IMG/VR virus record: IMGVR_UViG_3300027861_000011
Location: 129,839 to 193,838 of that record
Reading direction: 5' to 3' (one strand)
Origin: a virus
Length of the DNA: 64,000 bases
Made by a program: the position numbers and the translations under genes. Shown here piece by piece: positions 10,117 to 20,397 of this stretch (the first letter of the stretch is position 1; each line of letters starts with the position of its first letter). The notes below the pieces were generated by a model. That model had not been told where the DNA came from. It saw only the letters and a list, made by a program, of their open reading frames with translations, and searched no databases.

Positions 10117-11940
10117 ATGAAGAAGATAAAAATAAACGAAACTCAAGCTAATATGCTTAAAGAAATTGGGGTATCAAAAGTACTTAAGGTAACCCAAGAA
10201 CAATACAATAGAATTGTTGAGATGGAGCAATTAAGTGAAAAAATTGATTTAGTTAGTAATGAAGGTGATAACTTCGATATAATTAAAACCGACACTGATT
10301 ATTATATTAGTAATAGAACAACAAATTATAACCCAAAAGACACTGCACATATTGGCAGCATTCAAGAAATAGGTAATGATAAGAAAAAAATATGTATTAT
10401 GGCTGATAGAGCATTTGAACTTTTTGAAGAAATGGGGTCAGATGGAAATAAACAGTCCGACTTTGAAAACTTAGAAGCTAGAGCTATTTTTAAAACACCA
10501 TTTATCTCTGCTTGTAAAAGCAATATATCTGAAAAATTTATATCCAATCCAGCTCACCCAATATCTATGTCTTTTCGTAGGGAACTAGATGAAGCTAAAA
10601 CTAGCGTAAGAGAAATGTATGAAGAATTCGTTAATGAACTTTATAATGTTAACGAAGGTGGTGAAAGAAAATACGAAAGTCTTATTAGTCTAATGGAAAC
10701 TGTAGGACTTATTGAAAATAGAAGAATTAAAAAAGAATCATTTAGAAATGACAAAGCTATTGTTGAAAAAGTAATAAGTGCTGGTCTTCACGAAATTAGT
10801 AATGGTGGTAGTAAGTATAAAGCAATGGAAGCTATTGAAGAAGCATTAAGAAAAGGCCCAACTGGCATTGACCCTAATGTAGATGTTGAGCCTAGCTTTG
10901 TAAGTTCTAAAACTGGTACATCACCAGAAGCGTTATTACAAAAGATTAAGGATGCGAGAGCAGAGTCAAATAGGTTAGTAACTAAGAATGATATTGAAAG
11001 AGATAGAATGAATAGTAAAATGGTTTATGACCCAGAATCTAAAGATGTTCGAGATGAAGCTGTTGATGCTTTAGTTGATGGAATGAAAGGTGACCAACAA
11101 GAAATGAAGAAGGAAACTATTACTAAGATAAAGGAAGAAGGTAATAGAGATAATTGGAAAGGTGATGAGATACTAAATCACCCAATGTTAGCTAAGTTAC
11201 CAACAGATGTTATGAAGGCAGACAATAGTATTTATTTTAAATTACCAAGTCTTGATGGTGGACATTCAGCTACACTTGCTACACATATAGGACATGTTAT
11301 GGATTGGATTAGTGACTTAAAGAGTATTGTTCAAGAAATTCCAGTAGTTGATTCTGAAATGAATGTATTGAATAAGGGATACGTAGGTAGAGATATTGAA
11401 AAACTTAGAGCAATTTCTAACCATGAAAGGGAGTATGGGGACAGAAAGTTTAATACTGACGAAACAACTGCTGATTCATCTGGACAATCAACTGGTCCTT
11501 TAGGAGGTCCATCACATAAATCAAATGTGGTATCAAACCTTGATGTTGACGAAATGACATCTATGGGTGGTACAAATGGTGTGGGTGGTTTACAAGCTAA
11601 TGGAAATAGTATGGCATATGATGCACCAGGACTTAAGAAGAATAATTTTATGATGGCTGGGAATAAAGAAAATAAATCTGAGAGTGTGATTGATAATACT
11701 AATGAGGAAATTACAGAAGATGCTTTTAGTAGTACACAATATCCAGGCGGTACAATAGTAACACCAAAAGAGAAGTGTAAAAAATTCCCTTACTGTGATG
11801 AAGGTCCAGGAAACTTCGATGAAAAGAAGACAAAAGAATCAGTAATATCAAACGATACTAATGTATATGAAACGATAGCTAAAAAGACTGGTAGAACTAT
11901 TAGTGAGATAAAAGAAATAATAGAAAATAGTATTAATTAA
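10117..11940 (+). CDS. large acidic protein, probable prohead core/internal virion protein
   Basis: Many I/L-x-E motifs, low-complexity acidic linkers, KCKKFPYC motif; function inferred. Confidence 0.55.
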   Translation: MKKIKINETQANMLKEIGVSKVLKVTQEQYNRIVEMEQLSEKIDLVSNEGDNFDIIKTDTDYYISNRTTNYNPKDTAHIGSIQEIGNDKKKICIMADRAFELFEEMGSDGNKQSDFENLEARAIFKTPFISACKSNISEKFISNPAHPISMSFRRELDEAKTSVREMYEEFVNELYNVNEGGERKYESLISLMETVGLIENRRIKKESFRNDKAIVEKVISAGLHEISNGGSKYKAMEAIEEALRKGPTGIDPNVDVEPSFVSSKTGTSPEALLQKIKDARAESNRLVTKNDIERDRMNSKMVYDPESKDVRDEAVDALVDGMKGDQQEMKKETITKIKEEGNRDNWKGDEILNHPMLAKLPTDVMKADNSIYFKLPSLDGGHSATLATHIGHVMDWISDLKSIVQEIPVVDSEMNVLNKGYVGRDIEKLRAISNHEREYGDRKFNTDETTADSSGQSTGPLGGPSHKSNVVSNLDVDEMTSMGGTNGVGGLQANGNSMAYDAPGLKKNNFMMAGNKENKSESVIDNTNEEITEDAFSSTQYPGGTIVTPKEKCKKFPYCDEGPGNFDEKKTKESVISNDTNVYETIAKKTGRTISEIKEIIENSIN

Positions 11941-11959
11941 CTTTTTACTAAAAACTTAG

Positions 11960-11967
11960 TATTTATA
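11960..11967 (+). promoter_or_regulatory. putative late-gene motif TATTTATA
   Basis: 15 nt before ATG 11983. Confidence 0.55.
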
Positions 11968-11982
11968 ATAAACGCAATAATT

Positions 11983-13854
11983 ATGAACAAAAATATAATT
12001 AAACAACATCTTAGTAAGACTTTTATATCTGAAGATACAGCACATAAAGCAACTAGTGAAACAAAGAAAGTTCAAGACCTCTCAGGAGCGACAAATAAGG
12101 ATGCAATGAATAATGTTGCAAAAGAAATGAAAGACTATGATAAGTCTTCCAAAGAATCTGAAAAAGAAAATGCAGATTCTGTAAAGAAATACGAAAACGA
12201 TAATAAACAAGATGAGTTACATGATTTAGGTGAATTACAAAATGGTAGCCTTGCAGCTACTAAGTACGGTAACGAGCCTGGTAAGGATTTTGAAGCTATG
12301 CAAAAAGCTGCAATTACTGGTACTGACTCTAAACTAGGTAATAGTAAGGACTATGCTAATGTAATACCAGCTGACCAAGCTGGATTCACTGGGCCAGAGT
12401 TCGGTGAGAACTTATATAGTGATATTAAAAAATCTGCTAAACTTAGAGCTGACGCTGAAAGTAAATATAATAGATTATCAACTGGGGTTAGTGGTGCTGA
12501 TTTCGATGATAAAAAAATAAATGAACCTAAAAAGATTAATGAAGGTTTAAAGCCAGATAATATTGCGTTAATTAAGAAATGGGTTGATGAACTTGGTTGT
12601 AGAAAAGCGGGAATAAAGTTAATTGATACGTTTCTAAATAAAATGATAGCCATGTCAAGCTCAGATTTAGGTGACACGTATATTTTTGTAGATGGTTTGG
12701 ATGCTGTAGAGGAAGACCTAATTGTTGGTGAATATGATAATGCATTTGATAATGCCAAAGAAACAGCAAGAGAAATGATTGCTGATGAATTTGGTACATT
12801 AACTGGAGGTATAAAACATTTTAATGAAAATAAAGTAATAAAAAAAGAAAAAATGAAAAGACTTGTATTTAACAAACCATTCAACGGTGTAACGAACGCA
12901 TTAAATCTTATTCCAGAATCTTATAAAATTAATAATAAAGAATTTCACATGACTGATGGTGATGAGAAATATGAAATCAGATGGGAAGGAAACCTTAATG
13001 AAGGTAAAGCTATCATTACTAAAGCGTCCGATAAGACGATTATGAATGAGGACATGGTACAGATGAAACATCTTATGGGATATAAATCAGAGAATACTCT
13101 TGGTAACCTTAAAGGTTCCGAAAGAATTAATGAAAACGCATCATTCAATGATATATGGAATAAAACTAAAGGACTATTAAATGAAGATGAACAAGAAGTA
13201 CAGAGAATTAAAGATTATTTGATAAAAAAAATGAGTGTTGATGGAATTGATAAAAGAGAATTCTTAATGAAGTTTTTAAAAGGGCAAGCACCTGTTGGGT
13301 ATAATGGTCGTGAAAGAATGGAAGATAGAACTACAGCTGCTAAATCTTTATTAAATGCGTTAGATTCAGAATCTTACGAAGAAAACCAAACATTAAGTGA
13401 ATCTTGGGAATCAGAATACTTAAGCAACACTCTATTCAAAAAGTTAGAGGATGAAAAAGGTGTAGGAAGAGGTAGTGACGAAGGTCGAAAACTAGTAAAA
13501 AACGTATTGGACCCCTTTGAAGTTGAGATGAATAAATTTAAAAAATTCATCACAAAAAGTTATAATAACCCCGATGAGAACGAGGTAAAGCGTAAGCTAA
13601 AAGGTGAGATTGAAAGAATAGTAAACGGTGGTAAAGAATTAGGAATAGAAGAAGATGTGATGATGGATGCTATTATTGGACAAATATATTCTGAATACTT
13701 TAATAGAGGTAGTGGTTCTTTCGTAAGGTTATATGATAGTAACCATGTCATGTTTATGTTAAATGTCGTAAAAGAGGTGTTAGTAGAGCTACAATATAAC
13801 GATAAAACATTTGGTATTACATCAAGAATTGATAGATATTTAAAATCAGCCTAA
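11983..13854 (+). CDS. probable prohead core/internal virion protein
   Basis: Repeated INE/LNE/LSE motifs; shares a ~110-aa domain with 13888 gene. Confidence 0.55.
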   Translation: MNKNIIKQHLSKTFISEDTAHKATSETKKVQDLSGATNKDAMNNVAKEMKDYDKSSKESEKENADSVKKYENDNKQDELHDLGELQNGSLAATKYGNEPGKDFEAMQKAAITGTDSKLGNSKDYANVIPADQAGFTGPEFGENLYSDIKKSAKLRADAESKYNRLSTGVSGADFDDKKINEPKKINEGLKPDNIALIKKWVDELGCRKAGIKLIDTFLNKMIAMSSSDLGDTYIFVDGLDAVEEDLIVGEYDNAFDNAKETAREMIADEFGTLTGGIKHFNENKVIKKEKMKRLVFNKPFNGVTNALNLIPESYKINNKEFHMTDGDEKYEIRWEGNLNEGKAIITKASDKTIMNEDMVQMKHLMGYKSENTLGNLKGSERINENASFNDIWNKTKGLLNEDEQEVQRIKDYLIKKMSVDGIDKREFLMKFLKGQAPVGYNGRERMEDRTTAAKSLLNALDSESYEENQTLSESWESEYLSNTLFKKLEDEKGVGRGSDEGRKLVKNVLDPFEVEMNKFKKFITKSYNNPDENEVKRKLKGEIERIVNGGKELGIEEDVMMDAIIGQIYSEYFNRGSGSFVRLYDSNHVMFMLNVVKEVLVELQYNDKTFGITSRIDRYLKSA

Positions 13855-13887
13855 TGAAAATTTAGTATTAAAAAAAAAAAGAAAAAA

Positions 13888-15213
13888 ATGAAAAAAGCTA
13901 CATTTAAAAAACCATTTAATGGTATGAACAACGCTTTAAAGCTTATTCCAGAATCTTATAAGATTGATGGTAATGAATTTGAAGTAACAGATGGAATCGA
14001 ATCTTACAGAGTAAGATGGGATGGTTCTTTAACTGAAGGTAAAGGCGCTATACTTATAGCTTCTGATGAGAAAATGATTAATGAAGATATGGATAAGATT
14101 AAACACCTTATGAACTTCAGCTCAAAAGAGACTCTTGGCAACCTTAAAGGTTCTGAAAGAATTGATGAAGACAAATCATTTAAAAACGTATGGGGTAAAA
14201 CTAAAAAGATTTTATCTGAATCAAAAGAAGATAGAGATGTCATCAATGAAATGGATGGTGGATACGGATTCACAAGTGAAAACAATTTCAATGGTAATGA
14301 AATCGAAGTAAAAGAGATTAAAACAATGGACATGCCAGGTAGTAATAACTTAGTTGGTGAAATGGATGATGCTGGTGGTGGTGTTATGAGTGTTGCTGAG
14401 ATTAGAAAACAAATGAAAGATTTGCTTTACACTTTAAATAAAGCAGATTTTACAGCTAAAGAGAGAATGGTTGTTGGTCTTCTAATAGATATGATTAAAC
14501 AACTTGGTGGTGAGGAAGACTCTTTCAGTCCAAGATTACTTAGTAAACTAAAGTTAGTACAACAGGCAATTAACGATAAAACCCCAGAGTCAGAAGAATT
14601 TGCTGGTGATGGTACTGATAATGGTTCCACTGAAGCACAACCAGGTGAAGCACCAATGGGAGAAGGTTCAATTAACGAAGGTTGTAAAGAAGATTGTGAA
14701 GAAGATTGTGAAGACCATATTAATATAAAAAAATCGGAAATTATAGCTGCTAAATTAGGAGATGAACAAAAGGAAATATCTAAGAGTGCACAACCAACAT
14801 CTGGTCCAAATGAATCAATTGAAGAAACCGATAGATTTAATGAAATATTTGAAGGTATGTATGAATCTGACATTAAACCAGTAAAAAAAAAATTACTAAC
14901 TGAAAATGGTGAAATGTGGGATAGAGATGCATCACACAGAGATGATAGCGGATATAATGACTTTGACCCATCAGACCCGTCAATGGCTGGTGATAACGAT
15001 ATGGGTGATGATGAACTAATTGACAAACAAGCCAGAGAATTACTTATCAGTGCAATGGCTGAAGAAGGTCTTAATGATAATCCACTAGCAAGACACACAA
15101 CTTTCTACGTTGATGGGTTAAACAATATAACTGCTATGTTATATGATGGTAGAGATGAAGAGGCTAGACAACATGCTGGAGCAATTGCTAACCAAATTAC
15201 TAATTTATTTTAA
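13888..15213 (+). CDS. probable prohead core/internal virion protein, paralogous domain to 11983
   Basis: N-terminal KPFNG...LIPESYKI...TLGNLKGSERI domain matches internal domain of previous gene. Confidence 0.55.
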   Translation: MKKATFKKPFNGMNNALKLIPESYKIDGNEFEVTDGIESYRVRWDGSLTEGKGAILIASDEKMINEDMDKIKHLMNFSSKETLGNLKGSERIDEDKSFKNVWGKTKKILSESKEDRDVINEMDGGYGFTSENNFNGNEIEVKEIKTMDMPGSNNLVGEMDDAGGGVMSVAEIRKQMKDLLYTLNKADFTAKERMVVGLLIDMIKQLGGEEDSFSPRLLSKLKLVQQAINDKTPESEEFAGDGTDNGSTEAQPGEAPMGEGSINEGCKEDCEEDCEDHINIKKSEIIAAKLGDEQKEISKSAQPTSGPNESIEETDRFNEIFEGMYESDIKPVKKKLLTENGEMWDRDASHRDDSGYNDFDPSDPSMAGDNDMGDDELIDKQARELLISAMAEEGLNDNPLARHTTFYVDGLNNITAMLYDGRDEEARQHAGAIANQITNLF

Positions 15214-15237
15214 TTAAAAATAGTTAATAATAAAATA

Positions 15238-15266
15238 AAAAAAGCCCTACTAATAGGGCTTTTTTT
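15238..15266 (+). terminator. intrinsic terminator (A-tract/T-tract flanked)
   Basis: GCCCTA-CTAA-TAGGGC followed by T7. Confidence 0.85.
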
Positions 15267-15277
15267 ATTTATGGATA

Positions 15278-15285
15278 TATTTATA
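15278..15285 (+). promoter_or_regulatory. putative late-gene motif TATTTATA
   Basis: 13 nt before endolysin ATG. Confidence 0.55.
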
Positions 15286-15298
15286 ATAAAAGAAAGAT

Positions 15299-16180
15299 AT
15301 GGTGTTGAAGAAAGGTTCAAAAGGGAAAGAAGTAAAAGAATTACAAGAGTTTTTAGCAATATCCGCTGACGGTGATTTCGGTCCAAACACAGAGAAACAT
15401 GTTAAAAAATGGCAGACTGAGAATAATTTAACACCCGATGGTATAGTAGGCCCTAAAACATGGGATGCTATGGGATTAGCCACCACAGATAATTCTGAAT
15501 TATCATATATAACAGAAAATGGGTTAGAGGTAGAAAGATACCTTTTACCTAAAGGTGAATATAAATCTGGTCCCACAAAGAAAGAATATTTATTTCTGCA
15601 CCATACGGCTGGTTGGCAAAGCCCATATAAAACAATTGACAGTTGGGGTAGAGATGATAGAGGTACTATTGCAACTGAATTTGTAATGGGAGGGCAATCT
15701 GTTAAAGGTAATGATAATAAATATGATGGAAAGACACTCCAATGTATGCCAGAGGGTGCTTATGGTTGGCACTTAGGTAAGAACGGTTCACAACATATGC
15801 ACACACACTCAGTAGGTATTGAAGTATGTAATTTCGGTTATATTGAGAACGGTAAAACATATGCTGGAACAACAGCAGACAAATCACAAATAGTTACACT
15901 TAATGAAGAGTTTAGAGGTCACAAGGAGTGGCATAAGTATTCCGATATGCAAATAAAAGAATTACAAAAGTTTATACTTCATATAGCATCTAGAGATAAT
16001 ATAGACGTAAGAGCTGGCCTAGTTGAAGCTATTAAGAAAAATGGTGCTGGTGGATTTGATTTTAATAAAGATGCTTACTATGGTAAGGTAAAGGGCATGT
16101 GGACGCATACCAATACAAGAAAAGATAAATCAGATATGTTCCCTCAACAGGAGTTATTAGATATGTTATTAAGTTTATAA
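15299..16180 (+). CDS. endolysin: PG-binding domain plus N-acetylmuramoyl-L-alanine amidase
   Basis: DGDFGPNTE...DGIVGPKTW PG_binding_1; LHHTAG, SVGIEVC, THTN..KSD amidase motifs. Confidence 0.88.
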   Translation: MVLKKGSKGKEVKELQEFLAISADGDFGPNTEKHVKKWQTENNLTPDGIVGPKTWDAMGLATTDNSELSYITENGLEVERYLLPKGEYKSGPTKKEYLFLHHTAGWQSPYKTIDSWGRDDRGTIATEFVMGGQSVKGNDNKYDGKTLQCMPEGAYGWHLGKNGSQHMHTHSVGIEVCNFGYIENGKTYAGTTADKSQIVTLNEEFRGHKEWHKYSDMQIKELQKFILHIASRDNIDVRAGLVEAIKKNGAGGFDFNKDAYYGKVKGMWTHTNTRKDKSDMFPQQELLDMLLSL

Positions 16181-16216
16181 TATTTATTTTTCCATTGTAT
16201 GTAGTATATTAACGTT

Positions 16217-16696
16217 ATGATGGATAATAAGAATAAAAAAAGGGATTTTTTGAGCTATATTAAAACACCATTAAGTGAAAACAGTATTACTGTATTATAC
16301 AGTGCTAATAACGTAAGATATGAGCGTTGCCAGTTATACAGTGATTATATTCAGTCGTTATTATTTATAATATTTGATACTTATATGGGTGATGATATAA
16401 TGTCAGATAAAGAAAAGGTAGAACATTTTAATTGGTGTTGGAATAAGAATATTGAGAACTTTAAAGAAGAGGGTATTATATTCAACGCTAGTGATATAGC
16501 GTTTAATTATTTTCTTGAATTTATTGTTGAGATTTTCTACAGTGTCAATGATAAAGAAAGTAAACCACACATAGCTGTAACCATTAGAGCACTTTGGTTA
16601 TCATTATTTTCTTACAATAGTGTAAAGACTCGTTCTGATGTTGATAATTTCATAGAAATATATGGAATTTTAGATAAATCACTTAAAAAAGGGTAA
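16217..16696 (+). CDS. hypothetical protein
   Basis: 159-aa ORF. Confidence 0.65.
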   Translation: MMDNKNKKRDFLSYIKTPLSENSITVLYSANNVRYERCQLYSDYIQSLLFIIFDTYMGDDIMSDKEKVEHFNWCWNKNIENFKEEGIIFNASDIAFNYFLEFIVEIFYSVNDKESKPHIAVTIRALWLSLFSYNSVKTRSDVDNFIEIYGILDKSLKKG

Positions 16697-16747
16697 TAAA
16701 AGGTGTTTACACTTGATTTATATTTTTTTACCCTTATACTTAACCCC

Positions 16748-16972
16748 ATGAGAATTATTAGTATAATAATAACAGATTTAGCTAAAGATAAATTAATAGC
16801 TGAAGAAAAATTACAAAGACTTATTAATGATAAGGGTGATTTAGAAACGAACATTGTTCACATCAAAGACCAATTACGTGAAGTAGTAAATCTTGATAGA
16901 ATGATTATTAAATGGAAAGATTACACTAACATGGATGAACTTAGTAATAATAACGATAACGAAGACAAATAA
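16748..16972 (+). CDS. small coiled-coil protein
   Basis: ATG at 16748 in listed frame. Confidence 0.55.
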   Translation: MRIISIIITDLAKDKLIAEEKLQRLINDKGDLETNIVHIKDQLREVVNLDRMIIKWKDYTNMDELSNNNDNEDK

Positions 16973-16982
16973 ATTTTAAAAG

Positions 16983-17156
16983 ATGGAAATGTATGAAAAT
17001 TTAAAAGCTTTAGTAGAAAGTATGGAAGGTGATGTTACCAAGTTTTACGAAAACGGTAATAAAGCTGCTGGAACTAGAGTAAGACAATTATGTCAAGAAG
17101 GAAAAAAAGTACTTCAAGATATTAGAGTTGATATTTCGAGCAAGAAAAAAGCTTAA
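16983..17156 (+). CDS. histone H1-like (Hc1-type) nucleoid protein, 57 aa, not in ORF track
   Basis: MEMYENLKALVESMEGDVTKFYENGNKAAGTRVRQLCQEGKK...; GNKAAGTRxR is characteristic of the Bacteroidota Hc1-like family. Confidence 0.8.
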   Translation: MEMYENLKALVESMEGDVTKFYENGNKAAGTRVRQLCQEGKKVLQDIRVDISSKKKA

Positions 17157-17185
17157 TAATAACAATAATAACAATAATAAAAATT

Positions 17186-17398
17186 ATGTATATGGACGTA
17201 CTCAATAAGATATTACTAATTGTGTTATTCATGTCTTCACTCAATGTAGTTAGACATGGATATTATTTTATTCAAGCTTGGTTTTCATCAAGTGACGATA
17301 ATCCACAAAAGTATAGAATTAATAATTCTTCTTTATGGATTTTGAGTATGTCTCTTGCATATATTTTAACATCGATATTTAATGGTGTTTATTTATAA
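17186..17398 (+). CDS. small two-helix membrane protein
   Basis: Two hydrophobic segments. Confidence 0.6.
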   Translation: MYMDVLNKILLIVLFMSSLNVVRHGYYFIQAWFSSSDDNPQKYRINNSSLWILSMSLAYILTSIFNGVYL

Positions 17399-17409
17399 AT
17401 AAAAGACAT

Positions 17410-18066
17410 ATGTCAAATATACAAGAAAAATTAGACTCACTACAACCTCATGTTGTTGGTATTAGATATATTCAAAAAATACAGATAGTAGATGCTGTAT
17501 TTAAAGAAGGATGGACAGTACCAAACTCAGATGTAATTAAAAAAGAGTTCGTAGATGAAGCACAAAATTATTACATGTTCTATACAGAAAAAGAAGGTGT
17601 AACAATTGATGACCTTTTGGACTATGTTGAAGGTATTATCAATATCAATATAGAAAGAGAGAAAAAACACACCCTACTTAAACTTAAGGTTAAAGAATTA
17701 CAAAAAATATTTAAAGATAGTACCCTTTCTAAATTAGAAAGACTTAAGTTCTCATTTGGGGAAGATGATATAGTACCATCCCTCATGGATATGGATATTG
17801 ATTTAGAAGAAGACTTTTCGGTAGTTACTGAAGAACCAGTAATCGAAGAACCAGTATCTGAAAGTAAATCAAGGTCAGGTAAAAATAAAAAAAAGGTGGG
17901 TAAAGCTAATACCGCTAATATAAAAGGTCAAACTATAGAGCTACCACCAAAGGATGAAAAGATAGTGGTAGAGGAATATGACGCACCAACTAATATTATA
18001 TGTAACTGCGAAGGTCCAGACCAAGTATGTCCAGTCTGTCAAGAAGAAAAAATAGGAGCGTACTAA
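17410..18066 (+). CDS. hypothetical protein with C-terminal CxC-x5-CxxC
   Basis: CNCEGPDQVCPVC at C-terminus. Confidence 0.65.
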   Translation: MSNIQEKLDSLQPHVVGIRYIQKIQIVDAVFKEGWTVPNSDVIKKEFVDEAQNYYMFYTEKEGVTIDDLLDYVEGIININIEREKKHTLLKLKVKELQKIFKDSTLSKLERLKFSFGEDDIVPSLMDMDIDLEEDFSVVTEEPVIEEPVSESKSRSGKNKKKVGKANTANIKGQTIELPPKDEKIVVEEYDAPTNIICNCEGPDQVCPVCQEEKIGAY

Positions 18067-18158
18067 TAGGTTTTCAGTACATACTCAAATAATAAATGAA
18101 AAGACTCTTAATTGGGTCTTTTTTGTTTTTAAGTATATTTATAATAAAGGAATTTACC

Positions 18159-18692
18159 ATGAAAAAGAATAGAATACTTACGGAGTCTGAAAAGAAAGAA
18201 ATATTAAATAACAAGGAACAATTAATTATTGAGAGTTTCAGAGAAGAGTTTAATAAGATTAAAAGAACTAATGAATCTAATTTAAATGAAACTCCATGGA
18301 ATGGTAATCCAGAAAGTAATTGGGTTCCATTTGATGATAAAGTAGAAGTAGAGCTTTACGGACTTAAAGACGTTACAATCACCCTACCTTTTAATGGAGA
18401 GTATTCTATTGATGGTGAAACAAGTGGTAACGGAAGTTTTAGTTTATCGGCTGAAGATTTAGCTAATATTTTTCCAGAAGGGTATGAAGAAATTAAAGCG
18501 TTTGGAATTGAAATAGCTGACGCAATGAAAGCTAAAGCAGTTAACTCACATGAAATAAGCCGACCACATACGGTAACAATTAACGCTAATAAATTAAGAA
18601 ATTTACCACACTATAATGATGTCGAAGGGTATATGAGTCATTATTTTGATAATGGATTAGAGCACGGTAATATTACATACGACAGAGATTAA
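18159..18692 (+). CDS. leader family A protein (MKKNRILTESEKKEILNNKEQLIIESF...NE)
   Basis: First ~39 aa nearly identical to 30160 gene; TATTTATA at 18136. Confidence 0.7.
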   Translation: MKKNRILTESEKKEILNNKEQLIIESFREEFNKIKRTNESNLNETPWNGNPESNWVPFDDKVEVELYGLKDVTITLPFNGEYSIDGETSGNGSFSLSAEDLANIFPEGYEEIKAFGIEIADAMKAKAVNSHEISRPHTVTINANKLRNLPHYNDVEGYMSHYFDNGLEHGNITYDRD

Positions 18693-18693
18693 G

Positions 18694-19254
18694 GTGAGAA
18701 GATTTGATAAGAAAAATAACATAAGTAAGGTTAATCTATTAGCCGAACAAAGATATCTTAAATCGAAGAGTGAGTCTAACTCTAATCAAGAGATATACGA
18801 TGCTCTATCAGACAACCCAAATAACTATAAGGTTGTTATGAGTAATAATTCAGAAGTTAATTTTACCCCGATATCAACGCAAAAACCAGGTATGAAACCA
18901 AAGGGTCTTTGGTATGGTATCAATACATCATGGATTGATTGGGTTAGAAGTGAAATGCCATCATGGGAAAGTGAGTTTATTCATATTATAACTCTAGATT
19001 CATCCAATATGTTACAAATTAACAATATTGAAGAGTTAAGCGAATTCACTTCAATATATACTTATGAGGATAGTGAATATATTAACTGGCAAGAAGTAGC
19101 TAATAAATATAACGGTATTGAAATTAGTCCTTATATTTGGGAAGCTAGAATGAAATTTATGTGGTATTATGGGTGGGATATAGCATCTGGATGTATATGG
19201 GGTAACGGAACCATTGTAGGTTCGAAATTAATCACTACCGCAGAAGGATTATAA
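18694..19254 (+). CDS. leader family B protein with Trp-rich cargo domain
   Basis: MRRFDKKNNISKVNLLAEQR leader shared with 37745 and 38814; GTG start. Confidence 0.7.
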   Translation: MRRFDKKNNISKVNLLAEQRYLKSKSESNSNQEIYDALSDNPNNYKVVMSNNSEVNFTPISTQKPGMKPKGLWYGINTSWIDWVRSEMPSWESEFIHIITLDSSNMLQINNIEELSEFTSIYTYEDSEYINWQEVANKYNGIEISPYIWEARMKFMWYYGWDIASGCIWGNGTIVGSKLITTAEGL

Positions 19255-19593
19255 TTACCCTTCTAGTTTTTCTTGTATTGTGTGGATAAACCATACACCA
19301 CCAGAAGCCAAACAACCATCAAAGAAAGTACCTAAAATTTCTTTAGGGAATGTAAACCCTTTTATTACTATATCTTGTATCCCAGTAGATAATGCTGGTG
19401 AAAACATAAGAAGTGAAAGTATTACTCCCCACCAAAACGGTAAACACATCATACACCCAAATAACTTCCCAGAGAACCCAGGATTTGTCGAACCAACCTT
19501 AAAGAAGGTTCTCCACTTCGAAAAAATAGTACTAAACACCATTATATTACTAGCTCCATAAGCCACTAACATGAAAATAAATAAATTTGTCAT
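19255..19593 (-). CDS. membrane protein with CxxCxxFW motif
   Basis: Three hydrophobic segments, GCMMCLPFW; own minus-strand promoter. Confidence 0.7.
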   Translation of the reverse strand: MTNLFIFMLVAYGASNIMVFSTIFSKWRTFFKVGSTNPGFSGKLFGCMMCLPFWWGVILSLLMFSPALSTGIQDIVIKGFTFPKEILGTFFDGCLASGGVWFIHTIQEKLEG

Positions 19594-19609
19594 AATCTTT
19601 AATTTTATA

Positions 19610-19640
19610 CAAATATACGTATTATTAATCAATAAGTCAA
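19610..19640 (-). promoter_or_regulatory. Bacteroidota sigma70-type promoter on minus strand
   Basis: Reverse complement reads TTG-N20-TATATTTG. Confidence 0.75.
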
Positions 19641-19652
19641 TATTTATATTAT

Positions 19653-19813
19653 ATGAGAGTATTACTAATAAATAATATTAACAAACAGTCTTTACAAAGT
19701 CCGAATTTTTATCTACATTAGATGAAGAAAATCTAGATTATAGATGGTGTGATAAGAATTACCTTCCATTACCATTATATCCAGAGCTAATCAATAATAT
19801 TAATAAGATATGA
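19653..19813 (+). pseudogene. small gene apparently broken by a 1-bp deletion near 19683-19685
   Basis: TATTTATA then ATG 19653; frame stops at 19721 but the -1 frame is open to a TGA overlapping the next ATG. Confidence 0.45.
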
Positions 19814-20119
19814 GTGATAAATCAAAAATAATACCACTAGAAGAAGTTCTAGTTAGATTTGAAGACCATAAGAAGGGTTTTAAGCAAGAATTAGAGCGAG
19901 AAGAAGGTACTGAAAGAATAGAATCGTTAGATGCCATACAAAACGATATAAAGAGTGTTAGACAAAACACCGAACTAAAAAAAAAAGAAATACATTTATG
20001 AATTAAAAAATGGATTAGGTGAAAAAGTTAAGAATAACCCAACAACAATAAAGAAGATTAATAATAAATGGTATCAAAGATTTGGGTTAGTGATAAAAAG
20101 AATATTTACAAAGTTTTAA
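19810..20119 (+). pseudogene. gene split by +1 shift at an A10 run (19977-19986)
   Basis: First frame stops at 20001; +1 frame (KKYIYELKNGLGEKVKNNP...) fills the gap to 20119. Confidence 0.6.
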
Positions 20120-20122
20120 TAT

Positions 20123-20347
20123 ATGAAATACGAAGATTTAATAGCGACAGTTTCTGAAATTGTGGAAAACGATAACATTTACAAACCAGGTTTAGTGTTG
20201 TTATATGAACTGGATGAAAAAAGACATATAGAAATGGATGAACATTTATTCTACAAAGCTAATCCAGAAGACACTGAATTTGTACATAAAGATGTGGTTG
20301 AAGTAGAGATTGGTGGTGTAATTGTAAGATTTGTTAAAAAAGATTAG
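20123..20347 (+). CDS. hypothetical protein
   Basis: 74-aa ORF. Confidence 0.65.
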   Translation: MKYEDLIATVSEIVENDNIYKPGLVLLYELDEKRHIEMDEHLFYKANPEDTEFVHKDVVEVEIGGVIVRFVKKD

Positions 20348-20397
20348 GTTAATTGAAATATTATTCTTATCTTTGTAATGAATTAAAAAAAAACGTT

